Origin: Carcharhinus longimanus
Taxonomy: Eukaryota
NCBI GenBank assembly: GCA_030264375.1
Contig: JASCQW010000081.1
Location: 40,202,246 to 40,266,245, forward strand
Length of the DNA: 64,000 nucleotides
Direction: 5' to 3'
The notes beneath the pieces were generated by a model. It did not search any database. It saw only the letters and a program-made list of their open reading frames with translations, and had not been told where the DNA came from. Numbering within the stretch: position 1 is the first letter of the stretch; each line of letters opens with the position of its first letter. Positions 35,587-49,662 of this stretch are shown here, one piece after another. Position numbers and translations under genes: made by a program.

Positions 35587-38500
35587 AGAGGGAACTTAGT
35601 GTTCCTACTCTACACAAGCAGTATTTACATCAGGGCCACATGCCAGTTTAAGACTACAACTCAATTTTCAGGTCCAATGGGTGCAGATATGCCACTCATG
35701 CTCTTTCTTCTCCCACTGGACATTGAGCAGCCTATCCTGCAGTCCTTTAAAAGGTGGCTGGAGGTTGCACTAGACACATTACAGGCAAGTTTTCAAAATG
35801 ATTCATGTGCAATCATGAGGAGCATTACCTTCTTAGTCCCCTCTAACCAAATATTTCTGGCTCAGATCCATGGAAGGGTTGGTGCAGTTCTCAGCTCAGC
35901 AACTTGTCCGTCTGCGCTCACTGAGCACCAGCAGTTTGCTGATCATTTTCAATGCAGCCCAATCATGAAAAATGGCTTGGTACAGCTATCCAGCAGACAA
36001 AACACTGTTGTCCACTGCCTGTCCAACAACGTATGTGATAAATGAAAATTAGCCTCATTACAATGTGAGATGGCGAGAATAATTTTGCTTGAAAATGATC
36101 TGGTGTCCTTCGGCAGCACTGAATATACAACTTGCTAATTTGTAACAATTGCAGTGGGAGGGGAGTTACGTTCCAGTGTGCAAACCTGGTGGACTCTCTC
36201 ACAGAAAACAAGCTATGTTCCAAAATGGATAGTTTTCTTAAGTGCAAAAAAGTTAGTTCAGTGCTCAAAGGGTTAAGAAATTGCCAAAAACTTAGGAATA
36301 GGTATAGCATTAAAAGGAAAAAAAAACAGAGGTTATTGTTGTATGAACCATATAACAGCAGTGGGCAAAAATACTGAAGGTGTACAACAGTGATTTTTGG
36401 AGTGTTTAATTGTAATTGTATATTAAGCAGTCCAACTGTTTTATGTACTTTTAGTATCCTCATCTCTTTCTACTTCAACACTCTCTTCCTCCCCCTCCCC
36501 CCAAAGACTTCTGATAGAGAACTGAAGATTAGTAGTGCCTAGTCTAGACTACTAGCAACACCACCGTAAACTGAAAAGCTCAGATATTACAATCTGCCTT
36601 TAACAAATCCAATAACGTGAGCAGATCTTGACTGCAAAATAGTCACATCCCACCCCATATACTGCATCTGACTGAGGTTCCATTAAGTCTAGCTAAGCTG
36701 TTCAGCAACTGTTGGGCTGCTGCAACGAAAACCATCATTCAGATCAACTTCTGATTACATAATAATTTGTTATTTTGCTGAGTTCTGGCACTAATCTCCC
36801 TTCGTTTGGTTGGAAGCCAGAAATTAGAGTGCGTCATTCCACCAGTTTTCAACAGTGAAGCACTCATCTCACCCAGCGAGCACTCTGCACTCTTGGACAG
36901 GGGCCAGGAAGGGAAATCCATTTTGCATGAAGAATGTGCACAGCACAAGGACTTACGAGACAGTTTTTTTTTGCTTTCTTAAAATAACCTATGGACAACT
37001 GCCAATCTAGCTAGACACATATAACTTCAGAAATTTGGCATCAAAAACATGGTTAAGTATCTGAGAGGCAGAGAGAACAAAAATATGCTCGAGACTGGGT
37101 AACGGCTGTGAGTGCATTCGTGGCATATCACATGATCTGGCACAGCACACCTAATTGGTTAGGTTTTCAGCAAAGTACAGCCGCCATGTAAGGAGCTGCA
37201 AGCTGTATTCTGTTCTGGGGACTTAAAATGGCGGCTTCATATTTCGGCAAAATGGATAAAGTGAGCCCTAAAATCCTTTCTGAACCTGGCTGCAAAAGAA
37301 ACAGTTTCAGGGGAAAAGATGTACAGCAAAGCTGAGTAAAACCAGATACTCTCAAAAATTCAAATCACAAAGCTGCACGTTTAAACGAGTGCTGACAAAG
37401 TTCCAAAATCCACGTCAATTTAAAGGAGTATGTGAAAGACACGGAACACATTGACCTCATTACAAAAAAATTACTGTACTTTGAAAGAAAACAAGGGAAC
37501 TCAAAGCATTTTAACTGTCTGCCCCTTAGTGCGCGAGAGAGATTGAAATTTTGACTAACATGTGAAACCATCGGCACTCATGAGATTTTTTTTTAAAAAA
37601 AGGGCATCTCTCTACCTTGGCTCAAACCCACATTCACTCAGCACAGGCATGACCAGTCGAAAAACGCACATCTTTCTGCGCAAATATTTGCCTCTGGCTG
37701 AAGTTCAGACAGCCTGTAAGTGGCTGCCAGACACAACAGTGAAGTAAGGAGCAAGAGAAAGTAGCCCAGCCAGGGCAACTGACAGATAAACAATCAGCAC
37801 TGATTTGCGAGCCTCTGACAGGCTTTTGCTGTTGAATGACTTTGCCACCAGTCACAAGGTGCTCTCACCCTGTTATTAGTGGTTAATCTTTCTAACAAGA
37901 AGTCTTCCCACAGTTAATGCCTAACCTACAAACATACAGTCTATTTTTATTGCAATCCTTTCTTAGCTTGCACATGGTTATGTGGTCACAGCCTATGTGG
38001 GCAGAATTATGAGTAAAAACACTTAACCCTTTAGGACTTTAATACATTTCAAGATATGCCCACACAAGTCAGTTGATGTAAATTTCAAGGACTGATTAGC
38101 AGAAGACAAAATGAAGAAATATCAGGAAAATCATCTTTATTTAGCCTTACACCTACAGTGGCTCTGGAAGGACTCACACTGGACGCTCACTGTGAGATAA
38201 GGGCAAGAAGCTATGCAGTTCGGAACAGTGAAGCTGCAGCATCCTGTTCATACAGCATCCCTCACAGAGGTCACATTTAGTTCATGTTATGTTGACCCTG
38301 AATCAAATGAGTTTGCTTAGGATTTTTAAGTTGTGCGCAAAGCGGTGTCAATTACAGGTCTGACGGATGCCGTACATTTGTATTTTGTGCTTAAAACAGG
38401 AAATTTGCCTCCAGCATTTACACCAGCTGATTTCAAATGTCTACACACTTCCCAAATCAGAGCCACTACAAGGTCGTGTGCTGAGAGTCTCCACTTAGAT

Positions 38501-39399
38501 CGGAATCAATAAGGCAGTGCTGGTTATAAGTGACAATTTAATACCCATCTGTTGCAGATTTACAACAAATGTGAATTTCTGACTCCACTGCAGCTGGGTG
38601 GTAAACAGGGAAATACTTCTGCTGCTTGTGGCTTCCAACAGCTCCCAAATCCAAGAACAATAACCAAGTGATCAAAATGATAAATCTAGGCTTTAACGGG
38701 GTGAGGATAACGAGGATTCTCCGGGAATCTGTTCTGATAAATTTTCATTTAGGCGGCTAAGGAAAAATTTTATCCTGCGGTATTTTTCAAACTTTTCCAA
38801 AAAAAACAGGGTTTTATGTTGAGAAATTAGATTGTGCAACATCGTCATACAAATCCTTAATGCATTTGCATCAAGTTCATCTATATTAACAGAAATATCA
38901 ACCTGCTTAAAAGAATTATAATTGACACAAATGCATTAACTGTTTATGTAATACTATTGCATTGTCCCATTACTAGTCTCGGGATTAAAGTGTTCAAGTT
39001 GGCTTTCCATCTGTCCAGCAACTATACCAGGTGATGGAACTAGAAGCGAGTCAGAAGCTAATGAAACAGGGCTATTGACTCTCGTGATTTCATATTACAC
39101 AGCCTTTACAACTCTGATCCAAGAGGTCCATGTCAGTGTTTCTTTGCCACACAAGCCTCCTCCCACCCTGCCTCATCCGACCCAATTAATGTTTTATTGA
39201 TTTCATACTATTGTTTTAATTTGCATGATTCACTAGAAAAGCAGAGATTAGATTTTATTCTCCGCTGTATTCCACATTCATTCAAATAATAGTCTGGCAA
39301 CACCCTGCTCCAAAAATGTAACCAAACAAAATCCCAGAATATTCACCCATCCCTAGACTTTGATTATTCAATGTCAATCTTGTGTGTTCATAGACAACA

Positions 39400-39850
39400 T
39401 AGCCAGGGGCAGCACAGTACCATTATGGTGTGGGGAATATTAATATTGTCCTCTCAGTTTATCCAGATGGTTATAATTTCCAATCTTATTCATAACCAGA
39501 AATTAGTCAACAGCATTCACTACTTTTTCTCGTAATCTATTCTAAATTTTCACAACTCTGTTGAAAAGTATATCTTCCAATCTCCAAGCTTATTTGAAAG
39601 TTCTTAATCTTAATCAAGTGCACTCTTTCTCTCTGCTCACAATCTAAGCTAAATCGCTGATTTACATCTATATCATCTAGATTTGGCAGTATTTTTACAC
39701 TCTGGAACATATCAAGCTTCAATCTTTTTTTCTCTAAAGAAAACAATTTCAGCTTTGCAAGTCTCTCCTCATAACTCAGAGTTTTACGTCCCAGAATTAT
39801 CCATGTCACTTTGCTTTGAACCACTGCCAATCATCAATGTCCTTTAAACA
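39400..39850 (-). mobile_element. Degenerate CR1 ORF2 3' fragment
   Basis: ORF 39537-39830 LSYEERLAKLKLFSLEKKRLKLDM. Confidence 0.75.
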
Positions 39851-40039
39851 ATGACTCCGAGTTACTTCATTGAGTAGGTGGGAAAAACAGAAAAATAAGG
39901 TCTCAGTTTCAGTCTCTCAGTGTTATCCAATAATCCCTGCATTAAGTACATTAGGTCATGGGATTGTGATGAATATCTTTCCAACTTTCACTCTACACAC
40001 ATTTATATTCATTCCTAAATGCTCTAAAAGGGTCTGTAC

Positions 40040-40630
40040 TTTTGAACACTGAAGCCCTTCTAGAAAAGGTGCTCCCACAATGCAAGGAATAGAAGGTAAA
40101 GAAGTCCAGGATTTTGATCCAACAATGATGAAGGAATGGTGGTATATGTCCAAGTTTGGATGCTGTGTGACCTGCTAGGGAACATGTGATTGACTGTGTT
40201 CTCATGACGTTGCTGTTCTTGGTGGTCGGGCTTGCAAAATTGCTACATTATGTCCTGTCGAAAGTACATACAGAAGCCAAAAGGCTTCAATGGAGGAGGT
40301 TAGAGCTAATTTCCATGCTAGGAGTACTAGCAAAAGGACTGTTCTTCCTAGATACACTTGTGCTTCATGGATATTGTTGCAGATATACCTGTCGCATTCC
40401 TAACTTGAAGATATGAATGACAAAAAGGTTTTGAGAGATCGTGTAAGCCACTCACTGCAGGACAAGTACTACTTGTCCTGATCTAGTCTGCCCTGGTCTT
40501 GTAGCCATGATGTTGATATGGCTGTGCCAAGTTAATGTGCGACCACTGGTAACTCCCAAAATGAGGATTATGTGGAACCTGGTGCTTGTGGTGTCATTGA
40601 AGGTTGGGTGCAATCACTGGACTTTTTCAC
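40040..40630 (-). mobile_element. Degenerate L2/CR1-group LINE fragment
   Basis: tccaggattttgatccaacaatgatgaaggaatgg matches 23706-23740. Confidence 0.6.
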
Positions 40631-40635
40631 ATTGG

Positions 40636-40738
40636 AACTCAAAATGTCAGCTCTTTTCTCTCCCTACAGATGCTTCCAGACCTGCTGAGATTTTCTCTTT
40701 CGGTTTCAAATTCCAGCATCTGCAGTAATTTGCTTTTA
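40636..40738 (+). mobile_element. Half of a Penelope-derived fold-back repeat
   Basis: actcaaaatgtcagctct...acagatgcttccagacctgctgag...ccagcatctgcagtaatttgctttt. Confidence 0.7.
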
Positions 40739-40739
40739 T

Positions 40740-41555
40740 ACTTGCACTTAGATGGTGCCTTTCAAGACCTCATGGCTGAAAAACACTTTGCAACCAATCA
40801 AGAACTCTTCAAATGTAGTCACTGTTGTAACATAGGAAGCATGCCAACCAATATACACAAATCAAGTTCCCACAAATAGGAACAAGAAAATTAAAAACAG
40901 ATTATCTGGTCATTATATTGGTGAGGGATATGAAACCTTGAGAATTTGCCTACTTTAATTATTTTTCTTTAATTCATTAACACTGGTGAAATTTATTCAT
41001 CCTCAGCTTTAGTTTATTCATTCATGGGATATGGGCATTGCTGGCTGGCCAGGACAATCACACTTGAACCGAGTGACTTGTGAGACCATTTCAAGGGCTG
41101 TTGAGAGTCAACCACATTGCTGTGGGTCTGGAGTCACATGTAGGCCAAAACAGGTTAGAACAGTAGATTTCCTTCCCTAAAGGGCGTTAGTGAAACAGAT
41201 GGGTTTTTCCAACAATCGACCATGGTTTCATGGCATTAGACTTCGAATTCCAGACAGTTTTTATTGAATTCAAATTTCACCATCTGCTGTAGTGGGATTT
41301 GAACTCTTGTCCCCAGAACATCAGCTGAGTTTCTGGATTAATACTTTATTGATAATACCGCTCGGCCATGGAAAAATGTCATAGGGTCTTTTAAGTCCAC
41401 ATAAGAGGGAAGATATTTACTATCGCATCTGGAAGACAGCACCTCCAACGGTACTACACTGTCAGCCTAGATTACGTGCTCATTTCTTTGAAGTAGGACT
41501 TGAACCCTGATCTTCTGATTCCGGAGTGAGAGTTATGCTATTGAATTATTGCTGG
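40740..41555 (-). mobile_element. SacSINE1/DeuSINE-like element split by a nested SINE
   Basis: 3' part at 40740-40960; 5' part at 41375-41555 (gacagcacctcc...gtcagcctagatt...ggacttgaaccc). Confidence 0.7.
41011..41368 (-). mobile_element. Meta-domain-like tRNA SINE
   Basis: tttattcattcatggga...ggagtcacatgtaggcc...ttccttccctaaagg...ccccagaacatcagctgag. Confidence 0.85.
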
Positions 41556-41740
41556 CTGAGGACTCAAGTAAAAATTTTATGACTATTATAAAACACAAAA
41601 GAAAATTCAATGCAGAAATTTAATCATAGCATTGTGAAATATTTTATTTTGGTCATAAGAATTTTAATTTGTAAAAAAAAAAGCAGATGGAAGTTCTTCC
41701 AAAAATGTTTTGAGTGATTACTATATATTTTCTCAAACTC

Positions 41741-41813
41741 CAGAAACTCAGCTAATGTTCTGGGGACCTGGGTTTGAATCCCACAACAGCAGATGGTGAA
41801 ATTTGAATTCAAT
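41741..41813 (+). mobile_element. Head fragment of the Meta-type SINE
   Basis: ccagaaactcagctaatgttctggggacctgggtttgaatccc is the reverse complement of the head of the 41011 copy. Confidence 0.75.
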
Positions 41814-43829
41814 ACTAAACTCACACAGACCTGACTAGTTGCCTGGTAATTTCTGTAGCAATTTTATTGGCAATGGTTTATCAGAGTGCAGGTGAATATT
41901 AAAGTGCACCAGCTCCCTATGACCAGTGTAGGTCAGGAGTGAGAGCATAGTTTTCAAACTAAATGAAAACTGCATTTGGTTTAGGACTTAAGGAACAAGG
42001 ATTTTATTGTTAATACATATGTGTGATTCAAAGCTGGACTGTGGTCGGATTTTCTCACTTTAGTGCAAGCAATTGCCACCACGAAACATTCAGAACCGAG
42101 GCTCCCAGAGGAAGTACAAAAGCAGACAGTTTGATAGGTGCTGATCAGACCGAATCTGACAATATTACTAAAGTGAGCGCTCTACACTATTGTTTTTCTA
42201 AATTTCCTGTTGTCAAAACGGTGCTCGTGACTATATTGTAAATACGCACAGGTCACAGGATTTACAATTTCAGAATTTCTTTTCAAATCCAGTTCAATGT
42301 CCCTTTAGTTGATTTAAAAACCAATCTGAATACAGTAGAAATTTGCACAGCAGAATAAAGGTTAATGCTCCCAAATGAGGTAACCTCACAAGATCGTCTA
42401 AACTAGGATAAAAAGTTTATGGAACTCACTCATTTCCAAATCCAGATGTGGCAGGATCACTGAGGCTGCTGTGATTTTTTTTTTTAACTCTTTTAAACCC
42501 AGCAGTAAAAGTAAAAACTGTCATATTCAGAACCATCAAATGTGTTGCAAAAATTAATTTGATGATTCCAGTTTCAACCCTCCCAGCAGGTTGTTAAGAA
42601 CAGAAACAGACTGAACAGCTTTGTGATGAGCTAAAAGGTGTGGAATATCAACAGTGAAAAATTTGTTGGGCCATTGTATACCATTGTTTATCTTTTCAGA
42701 ATGAATACAGATAAATGGCATCAAAACCATGTTGTCAAGATGACACTCATCATTTCAACCCCAACAGCAGAGAACAATCCGGAGCCTTTGCACTCTTCAA
42801 TGATCTATTTTCTTTCTCCCTTCTGTAATGAAAATCTTCAGGAACCCTGCTAACCAGACTGTCCCAATCTCCTGTTGAATTTTCCTCTCACCTGGACAGC
42901 ACAAATAATCAGTGATGTTGCCATGTTGGTTGGTTCAACGCAAAAAGCCTATTGCTTAGTGCATCAGGACCAAACAACCAGCACCATCGTGAAATGTGTG
43001 AGAAAGGATCAGGAAGCAACATTGTGTCCATCCGGAAATGCTGAAAGCTCATAGATTGAAGAGAAGTTTTGTAAAACTGCACTAAAATAAGTGGCCTAGT
43101 GAAATGTTATTCTCCTGCAGTTTGGATTCTTCTTTAAAAAAAATGGAGGTCAGTGACGGAGAACAAGTGCAATCAGAACATGATTCTATAGCCTTGACAG
43201 GAGACAAGCTTTCAAGTACATAATTGGTTCCTGATCTTGCCGCAATCTTGACCTAGACATGGTTGTAAGAGCTGAATGACAGACGTGAGGTGAGAATCAG
43301 TGCCTTTAAAATCAAGGTAGCATTCAATCAAACATAACACCAGCAAAAGACAGCATACAATTTTGAGGAACACCAGGTCACTGGGGAGGACATGACAACA
43401 TGTAGCATTTAGAAACACAGAAGAGAAAGCTATGGTAATAATTGCCCTCAACTCTACCTTTGGAAGTTGGGAAGTGTGGACTTCTTTATCTATCAGAGAA
43501 TGCAATAGTTCTATGTGTGTGTCATCACTCATTACCTAAGAATAGTGATCAAGGTAAATAGGCTGTTCAAGTGAACCAAAGTTAACAATATTGTGCCCCA
43601 GAGACTGCCAAGACACTGTGAATAAAATGGTGAAGGGCCCTTGAACCCTGGCCACATAAACACCCAACATCCTTCCCCTTACATTCATTGGACCATGACC
43701 TCAACTCAACATGACACAGGTAGTGTACTTGAGAAATTGATTCATGGTAAGACAGCACAAGGAAATCGGACAATGCAGACCAAGGTATGGAGCTGAATGT
43801 AGTTGTGAAAAAGCGTTAGGCTTGCGAGT

Positions 43830-43937
43830 TTCCTGTTCAGTTCAAGCAAATGGTCATCAGCTTGAAACATTAACTCTGTCACTCCCTAAATGCTGCCTGA
43901 GTTGCTGGACTATTTCCAGTATTTTCTGATTTTATTT
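43830..43937 (+). mobile_element. Decayed half of a Penelope-derived hammerhead repeat
   Basis: ggtcatcagcttgaaacattaactctg...tatttccagtattttctg. Confidence 0.55.
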
Positions 43938-44378
43938 ACGTTTTCTGTTTACTGAGCAAACAGATGATGACCTGAAGGATCTTGCCATGAGCAGAAGGAT
44001 TCTAAAACAGCGTGAGATATATATAAAGGTTCTGCAGTTCCTCTCCCAAGAGGTATGGCAAATGGCTGTGAAAATTCCACAAAGAAAACTGATTTAATTC
44101 AGATTTTTTTAAAAGTTTTGTCTGGTTTACTTACTGGAACTCATTGTCCTGTTATGCACCATCATCTATGAGTCAATTCAATGCAAGTTACCCTCATAAC
44201 AATGGCAGCTGCAGAAGCATTTAAAAACTTTCTCCTGCTTCATGAACAGTCAATTCAATGTAGAACATTGAATGAAGGAATGAAAATATTGGGCTGCTGT
44301 CTGGACAGGTTAATGCTAACTGCATTGCAAAAGATACAGAGCTGCTGCTTGGAGATACTAGAGACTCTTTAGTTTACT

Positions 44379-44433
44379 TGCCTTGGAGAGAAGTAGATGT
44401 CCATGCCTTGGAGAGAAGTAGATGTCCATGCCT
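44379..44433. repeat. Perfect 25-bp tandem duplication
   Basis: tgccttggagagaagtagatgtcca twice, plus tgcct. Confidence 0.95.
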
Positions 44434-47099
44434 CAGACACTGCTTCCCACCACAGCCAATCCCCAATAAAAACATTTATCTGAGTTGGTTTGGAGACTAT
44501 AACAAAGAGTGAGCCTGACCCAGGTCCATTAACAGGCCTGGGGGCTCGGAAAGAATGATCTCCTCTAACACAACAGCCTCATACGACTTAGAAGCTGCAA
44601 TTTCCATCCAAAGTAATTAAACCAGACAAAACTTTAATAAGATGAACAGGAAATTTTGGAATAAATCTGAATTAATTCAATTTTCATTCAAAAACCATGT
44701 CCAAGCAAACTTTGCTTCAGAGATTACAGTTTTTACCGACAGTAATCTTTTATGGGGGCATGTCATCACCAGCCCCTTTTGAAATATTAAACAGTTGGAA
44801 AAATGCCTAAACATGTCTTATTTTAAAGAATTGTTTAAGTTGAGTAGTGCTATCATCAGAGTTGCTAACTGTCCAGCCATAATTGCTATGCCTGACAGTG
44901 TCTCAGGGCTGAATTAACACCAGATAATCACTATTTACACAGGGTTATGAATATCTGTTTCAACTGTGTGCAAATTAATTCCATTCTCTCACACGAGAGG
45001 ATTTAGTAATTCCTTAAAGACAAATCCCTGAAGATGTAATCAGTACAGTGTATTTGAACACTTTTTTTTGCTCCCCCTCACCCTGGTACTGTTATTCCTT
45101 AATCTCAAAACAGATTTTACAATGTTCAGACTATCAGATTTCATCGTTAATACCACTTTAATAAATGGCTAATTATTCACTTACAATCCTCTTACATAAA
45201 ACAATTTTTTTATATGTGTGTATGTCCTAGGTAAAACTATAGCCAGCTGTAAAAATTGCAAGTAATTCCTTGAATGGCCAGTATACATTTGCAGTTATCA
45301 ATAGCAAAAATGCAGAAGGAATCAAACTAAATGTTGCCAGCAAGTTTTTGACTGAAGAGAAAACATAGCTATTAGCTCAGGGTTTAAAATATTGCCTGAT
45401 ACAAAAGCTCAATAATTAATAATCGACAACATTACTTTTAAGTACAGCTGTTCACACATTATTAACGTAATTGCCATTTTGTTTGGAAGAAAAGTGAGGG
45501 GATGCAGCCATACCATGACAGTCAAACTAAAACTATAATTTAGGGTGCGGGAGCTGGTGTATATGTACCAAAATTAGTTCAGATCAGACAAAAAATCATG
45601 CAAGTGCCTAAACTGATCAAGAAATAGGTGCTATAAACAGCACACCACAAAAAAGCAGCAAAAGTCCTGGATGAATGTGGAAGCCACAGGTACAGCGTTT
45701 ATAATGCACCAAAGATTTTTGAACCAGGCTCAGCACACACATTCACTCATGAAATGACAAAAAAAGGATCATTTAAAATGTCAGCCTACCACGACTGCTA
45801 TTGGGTGGTGGAAATCTGTGCAAGTTCACAACTCCATTCTTCACAGGGTCCAGTAGAAGGATGAATAAAATATTGATGCTTGTTGACCAGCGCAGATATC
45901 ATGGGCTGAATGGCCTCTTTCTGTCCTGTAAAGCTCTATGGCCTTACTTTCAACAACATCGATAAGGAAATGCTTCGCTGAAGTTCTCAATTAAGATTAA
46001 GCGGCTCATTTTCACCAACTCTGCTAAGTTGAAATGGGCATAGCACTTCATGAATCCTAAATTTTATCTGCTCCCATCCACCCAGTGCCATTTCTCATTT
46101 GTTCTGGAAATGAGCAGCTGCCTCATTAAGGCATGCAAATCGGTCTCTGATAATGTACGGAGGATCTAAATGCAATTTTCAGATACTAATGGCTGCTGCA
46201 TGTACTGTATAGACTCCGCCCATTAGTACTAGGCGTAGAACAGTGAACCAGCGGTCCTTAAAGGAACAGCGCAGGTAAATTTTCGAAATGATTTTTGTGG
46301 GGCCTGGAACAGAATAAATATTTCTCCTGGCCCTACCCACTATGGCGAGATGGCTGCAGTTTGACAAGGGTTGGGTCCCAAATGTTGAGGGTTATACGAC
46401 ATTCAAGAAAAATAGGAAGCTGGGTCCACTGAAGGTCTTTGAGTCCCTGCTATTTTCAGATTGTCTCTTCCTCTTTACAGGGAGAAGCCACAAGATGCCA
46501 TGCCCTTTCCCAGGCTAATCAGGTGGCTGCATCTATCCATCAGCCTAGCCATTACATTTCACCAATCTGACGCAAATAAGCCTGACTTTAAAACAATTCT
46601 GTTCTCTTACCAAGGACATCGGGCAGATGTATCAATCACAATCTGCACAATGCTCATCAAGAATAGAAAGCAGACCCTAGTTTTCAAGTCCTTAACCTTT
46701 CCGCTCCTCATTTGACAAAAACAATAACATATTGAAGACAACATCACTAATGTTCACATGAATGAAAACACTGCTACAATATAACCACAAATATATCTTT
46801 TGATACTAAGATTTGTTGAAAATGTTTTTGCAGCAGAGACATGCTGCAAAAATGTCTCAGACCGGCCAACATATTTCTTATTCAACGTGTATTCCCAATC
46901 TGACGTCTGAATTTCCTGGAAAGTTGGTAAATCAGTGGGAGCAAATGGAAAATCTTTTTTTTAAGCAACAGAGCTGACAGAATCAAGATAACACAGCATT
47001 AACAATGCAACCAGATCAATGATGGGGAATGCTGGAATCTAGATTTTGCAATTAGCTGTGGGATTCACTGGAAGAACACGATTCACTGCCATTCTATTT

Positions 47100-49662
47100 A
47101 AATGCTGGAGGAGGAATGATCACGCTTGGGAAGATGTAGCAAATCAACAGGTAAAGTCAAGGCAGCACAGCAAAATAGTAAGACGGGAAAAGAGAGTCAG
47201 GGCAGGCAGGGACAGGGAGGAAAAAACCCAAGAGTACACTAAAGTAACAACTAGATGTTACAAAGATACCAAAAAGACAAAACTAAAGGCTCTGCATCTA
47301 AAAGTGCATAACACTCAAAACAAAGTAAATGAACTGATAGCACACATTGAAGGAAATAAATATGATCTAATAGCCATTAAAGGGTGAGAAGGATTGGGGT
47401 TTCAATATTGAGGAGTATATGACAATTCAAGAAGAATAGGAAGTTAGGTAAAGGTGGAGGATCGGCACTGTTAATCAGGGATGACATGAGTTACAGATGA
47501 CCCTGTTTCAGGAATCAGGATGTAGAATCAGTTTTGGTGGAGATGAGGAATAATAGGAATACAAGTCACTCATGGGAATGGTCTACTTTCCCCCTTAACA
47601 GTAACCACAATATAGGCCAAAGTAGATAAGAAGTATTGGGTGCTTGTGATAAAAGGATGTCAATAATCATGGGTGATTTGAATCTACCTAAACTAGAAAA
47701 GTCAGATTGTCAGTAGCAGCCTGAATGATGAGTTCAGAGAATAATTTCAAGATAGTTTCTTACAGCAGCATGTTCTGGAACCAACTGGAGAGCAAATTAC
47801 ATTAGACTTGAAATTGTGTAATGTGACAGGATTAGTTAACTAGCTCATGGTGAAGGCAGGCCTAGATAGCAGCAACCACAAAATGGTTGCATTTCACACC
47901 AGGATTGAAAGGCAGAAGAATGGATCTAAGACTAGTATTTTAAACTTAAATAAGGGCAACTACTTGGGCATGAAAACTGAGTTAACTGAAGTGAACTAGA
48001 ATACTAGTCTACAGGATTGATCAATAGAGAAACAGTGGCTGTTATTTAAGGGCATTATTCAGAACACTCAGAAGAAATATACTCCTATTTTTTATTCCTA
48101 AAGAAAAATTCTAAGAGAAGAACCGACCATTCATGGTGAACTAAGGAAGTTAAGGAAAGCAACAAACTTAAGAAAAAAGAATAAAAGTAACTGCATGAAG
48201 ATGGGTGGCAAGTCAGATGATTGGCCAGAATGTAAAGAATGGCAGAGAATGACTAAAAATTTAATCAGGAAAAATAAATGAGTGTACAAGAGGAAGTTAG
48301 GTTTAAAAGTAAAAAATGGATAGCAAAAGTTTCTACAGGTATTTAAACAAGGATAAGTAACTTTTGTGTTGGTCCTCTAAAGAGTGACAATGGGCATTTA
48401 GTAGTAAGGAAATGATGGGTGAAATGAACAAATATATTGCTGCGTGTTCATGCCACAGGATGCAAAAAATATTCTAGCTCTAATCAGGAGGTGAAAAGGA
48501 AAGCAGTGCTGAGCAAACTGACGGAGCTGCAGGCTGACAGGTCTCCAGGTTCTGATGGACTTCATCCTAGGGTCTTAAAAGAGGTGGCTAATAAGGAGTA
48601 AATGCATTGGTATTAATTTTCCAAAATTCGCTAGATTCTGGAAATGTTCCATTAGATGAAAAAGTAGCAAATATAACCCCTCTATTCAAGAAAGGAGGGA
48701 GACAGGAAACTATAGGCAGTTAGCTTGGCATTTATCATAGAGAAGATGTTAGAATCAATCATTTAGGGGTTTATAGCTGGGCACTTAGAAAGACCCAAGG
48801 TAATTGGGAAAATTGAGCATGATTTTACAAAAAGGAAATCATGTTGAAACAACATGTTGGAGTTTTTTGAAGGAGTAACATATTGTAGACAAAGGGGAGT
48901 CTATAGACATACTGTACTTGGATTTCCAGAAAGTATAATGTGGGAAAATGTGAAGTCATTCACTATGGTGGGAAGAATAAGAGTATTACAAACAGAGAAT
49001 GACTGAGGACTCCAAGGTACAGAGGAATCTAGGTGTCCTCGTGCATGACTCAAAAAGTTTGCATAAAGATACAAGTAATTAAGAAGGCTAATGTAATGCT
49101 ATCCATTATTACAAGAGGAAGTGAACATAAAATTAAGGAAGCTATACTTCAGTTATACAGGGCATTGGTAAAATTACATCTTGAATACTATGTGCAGTTT
49201 TCTTCTCCTTATTTAAGGAAGGATTTAAATGCATTGAAGGTGGTTCAGAAGAGGTTTACTAGATTGACACCTGGAATGAGTGTGTTATCTTATGAGGAAA
49301 GGTTAGACAGACTGGGTTTGTTTCCACTGGAGTTTAGAAGAGTGAGGGGTGACCCGATTGAACAATATTGACGAGGTGGATGTGGAAAAGATGTTTCCTC
49401 TTGCAGGTGAGTCTGGAGATGGGGGGCACTGTTTTAAAATTAGGGGTCACATTTTTAGGACAGGGATAAGGAGATTGCTTTTCTCTCAGAGTTGTGTGGC
49501 TTTAGAACTTTGGTAGATTTTTGTTTGGCAAGGGAAACAAAAGTTATTGAGGCAGATGGGAATGTGGAATTTGAAACACAAACAGATCAGTCATGATTGT
49601 TTTCAATGGCAAAGCAGGCTCGAGGGGCCAAATGGCCTAGTTCTGCTCCTATTTTGTATGTT
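47100..49662 (+). mobile_element. Long CR1 LINE relic (APE endonuclease, RT, 3' UTR), pseudogenised, with internal RT deletion
   Basis: KLKALHLKVHNTQNKVNELIAHIEGNKYDLIAI (APE start), IIMGDLN, SPGSDGLHPRVLKEVA, ANITPLFKKGGRQ, YLDFQK, ORF 49033-49371 C-terminus and CR1 tail; many stops and frameshifts. Confidence 0.93.

Noticed and set aside
35521-36463. 174-aa (+) and 166-aa (-) ORFs, the longest in the window
   Set aside because: The first starts inside a SINE tail; neither resembles a protein family I know.
44379-44433. Direct repeat as a possible CRISPR array
   Set aside because: No spacer, only two units, eukaryotic context.
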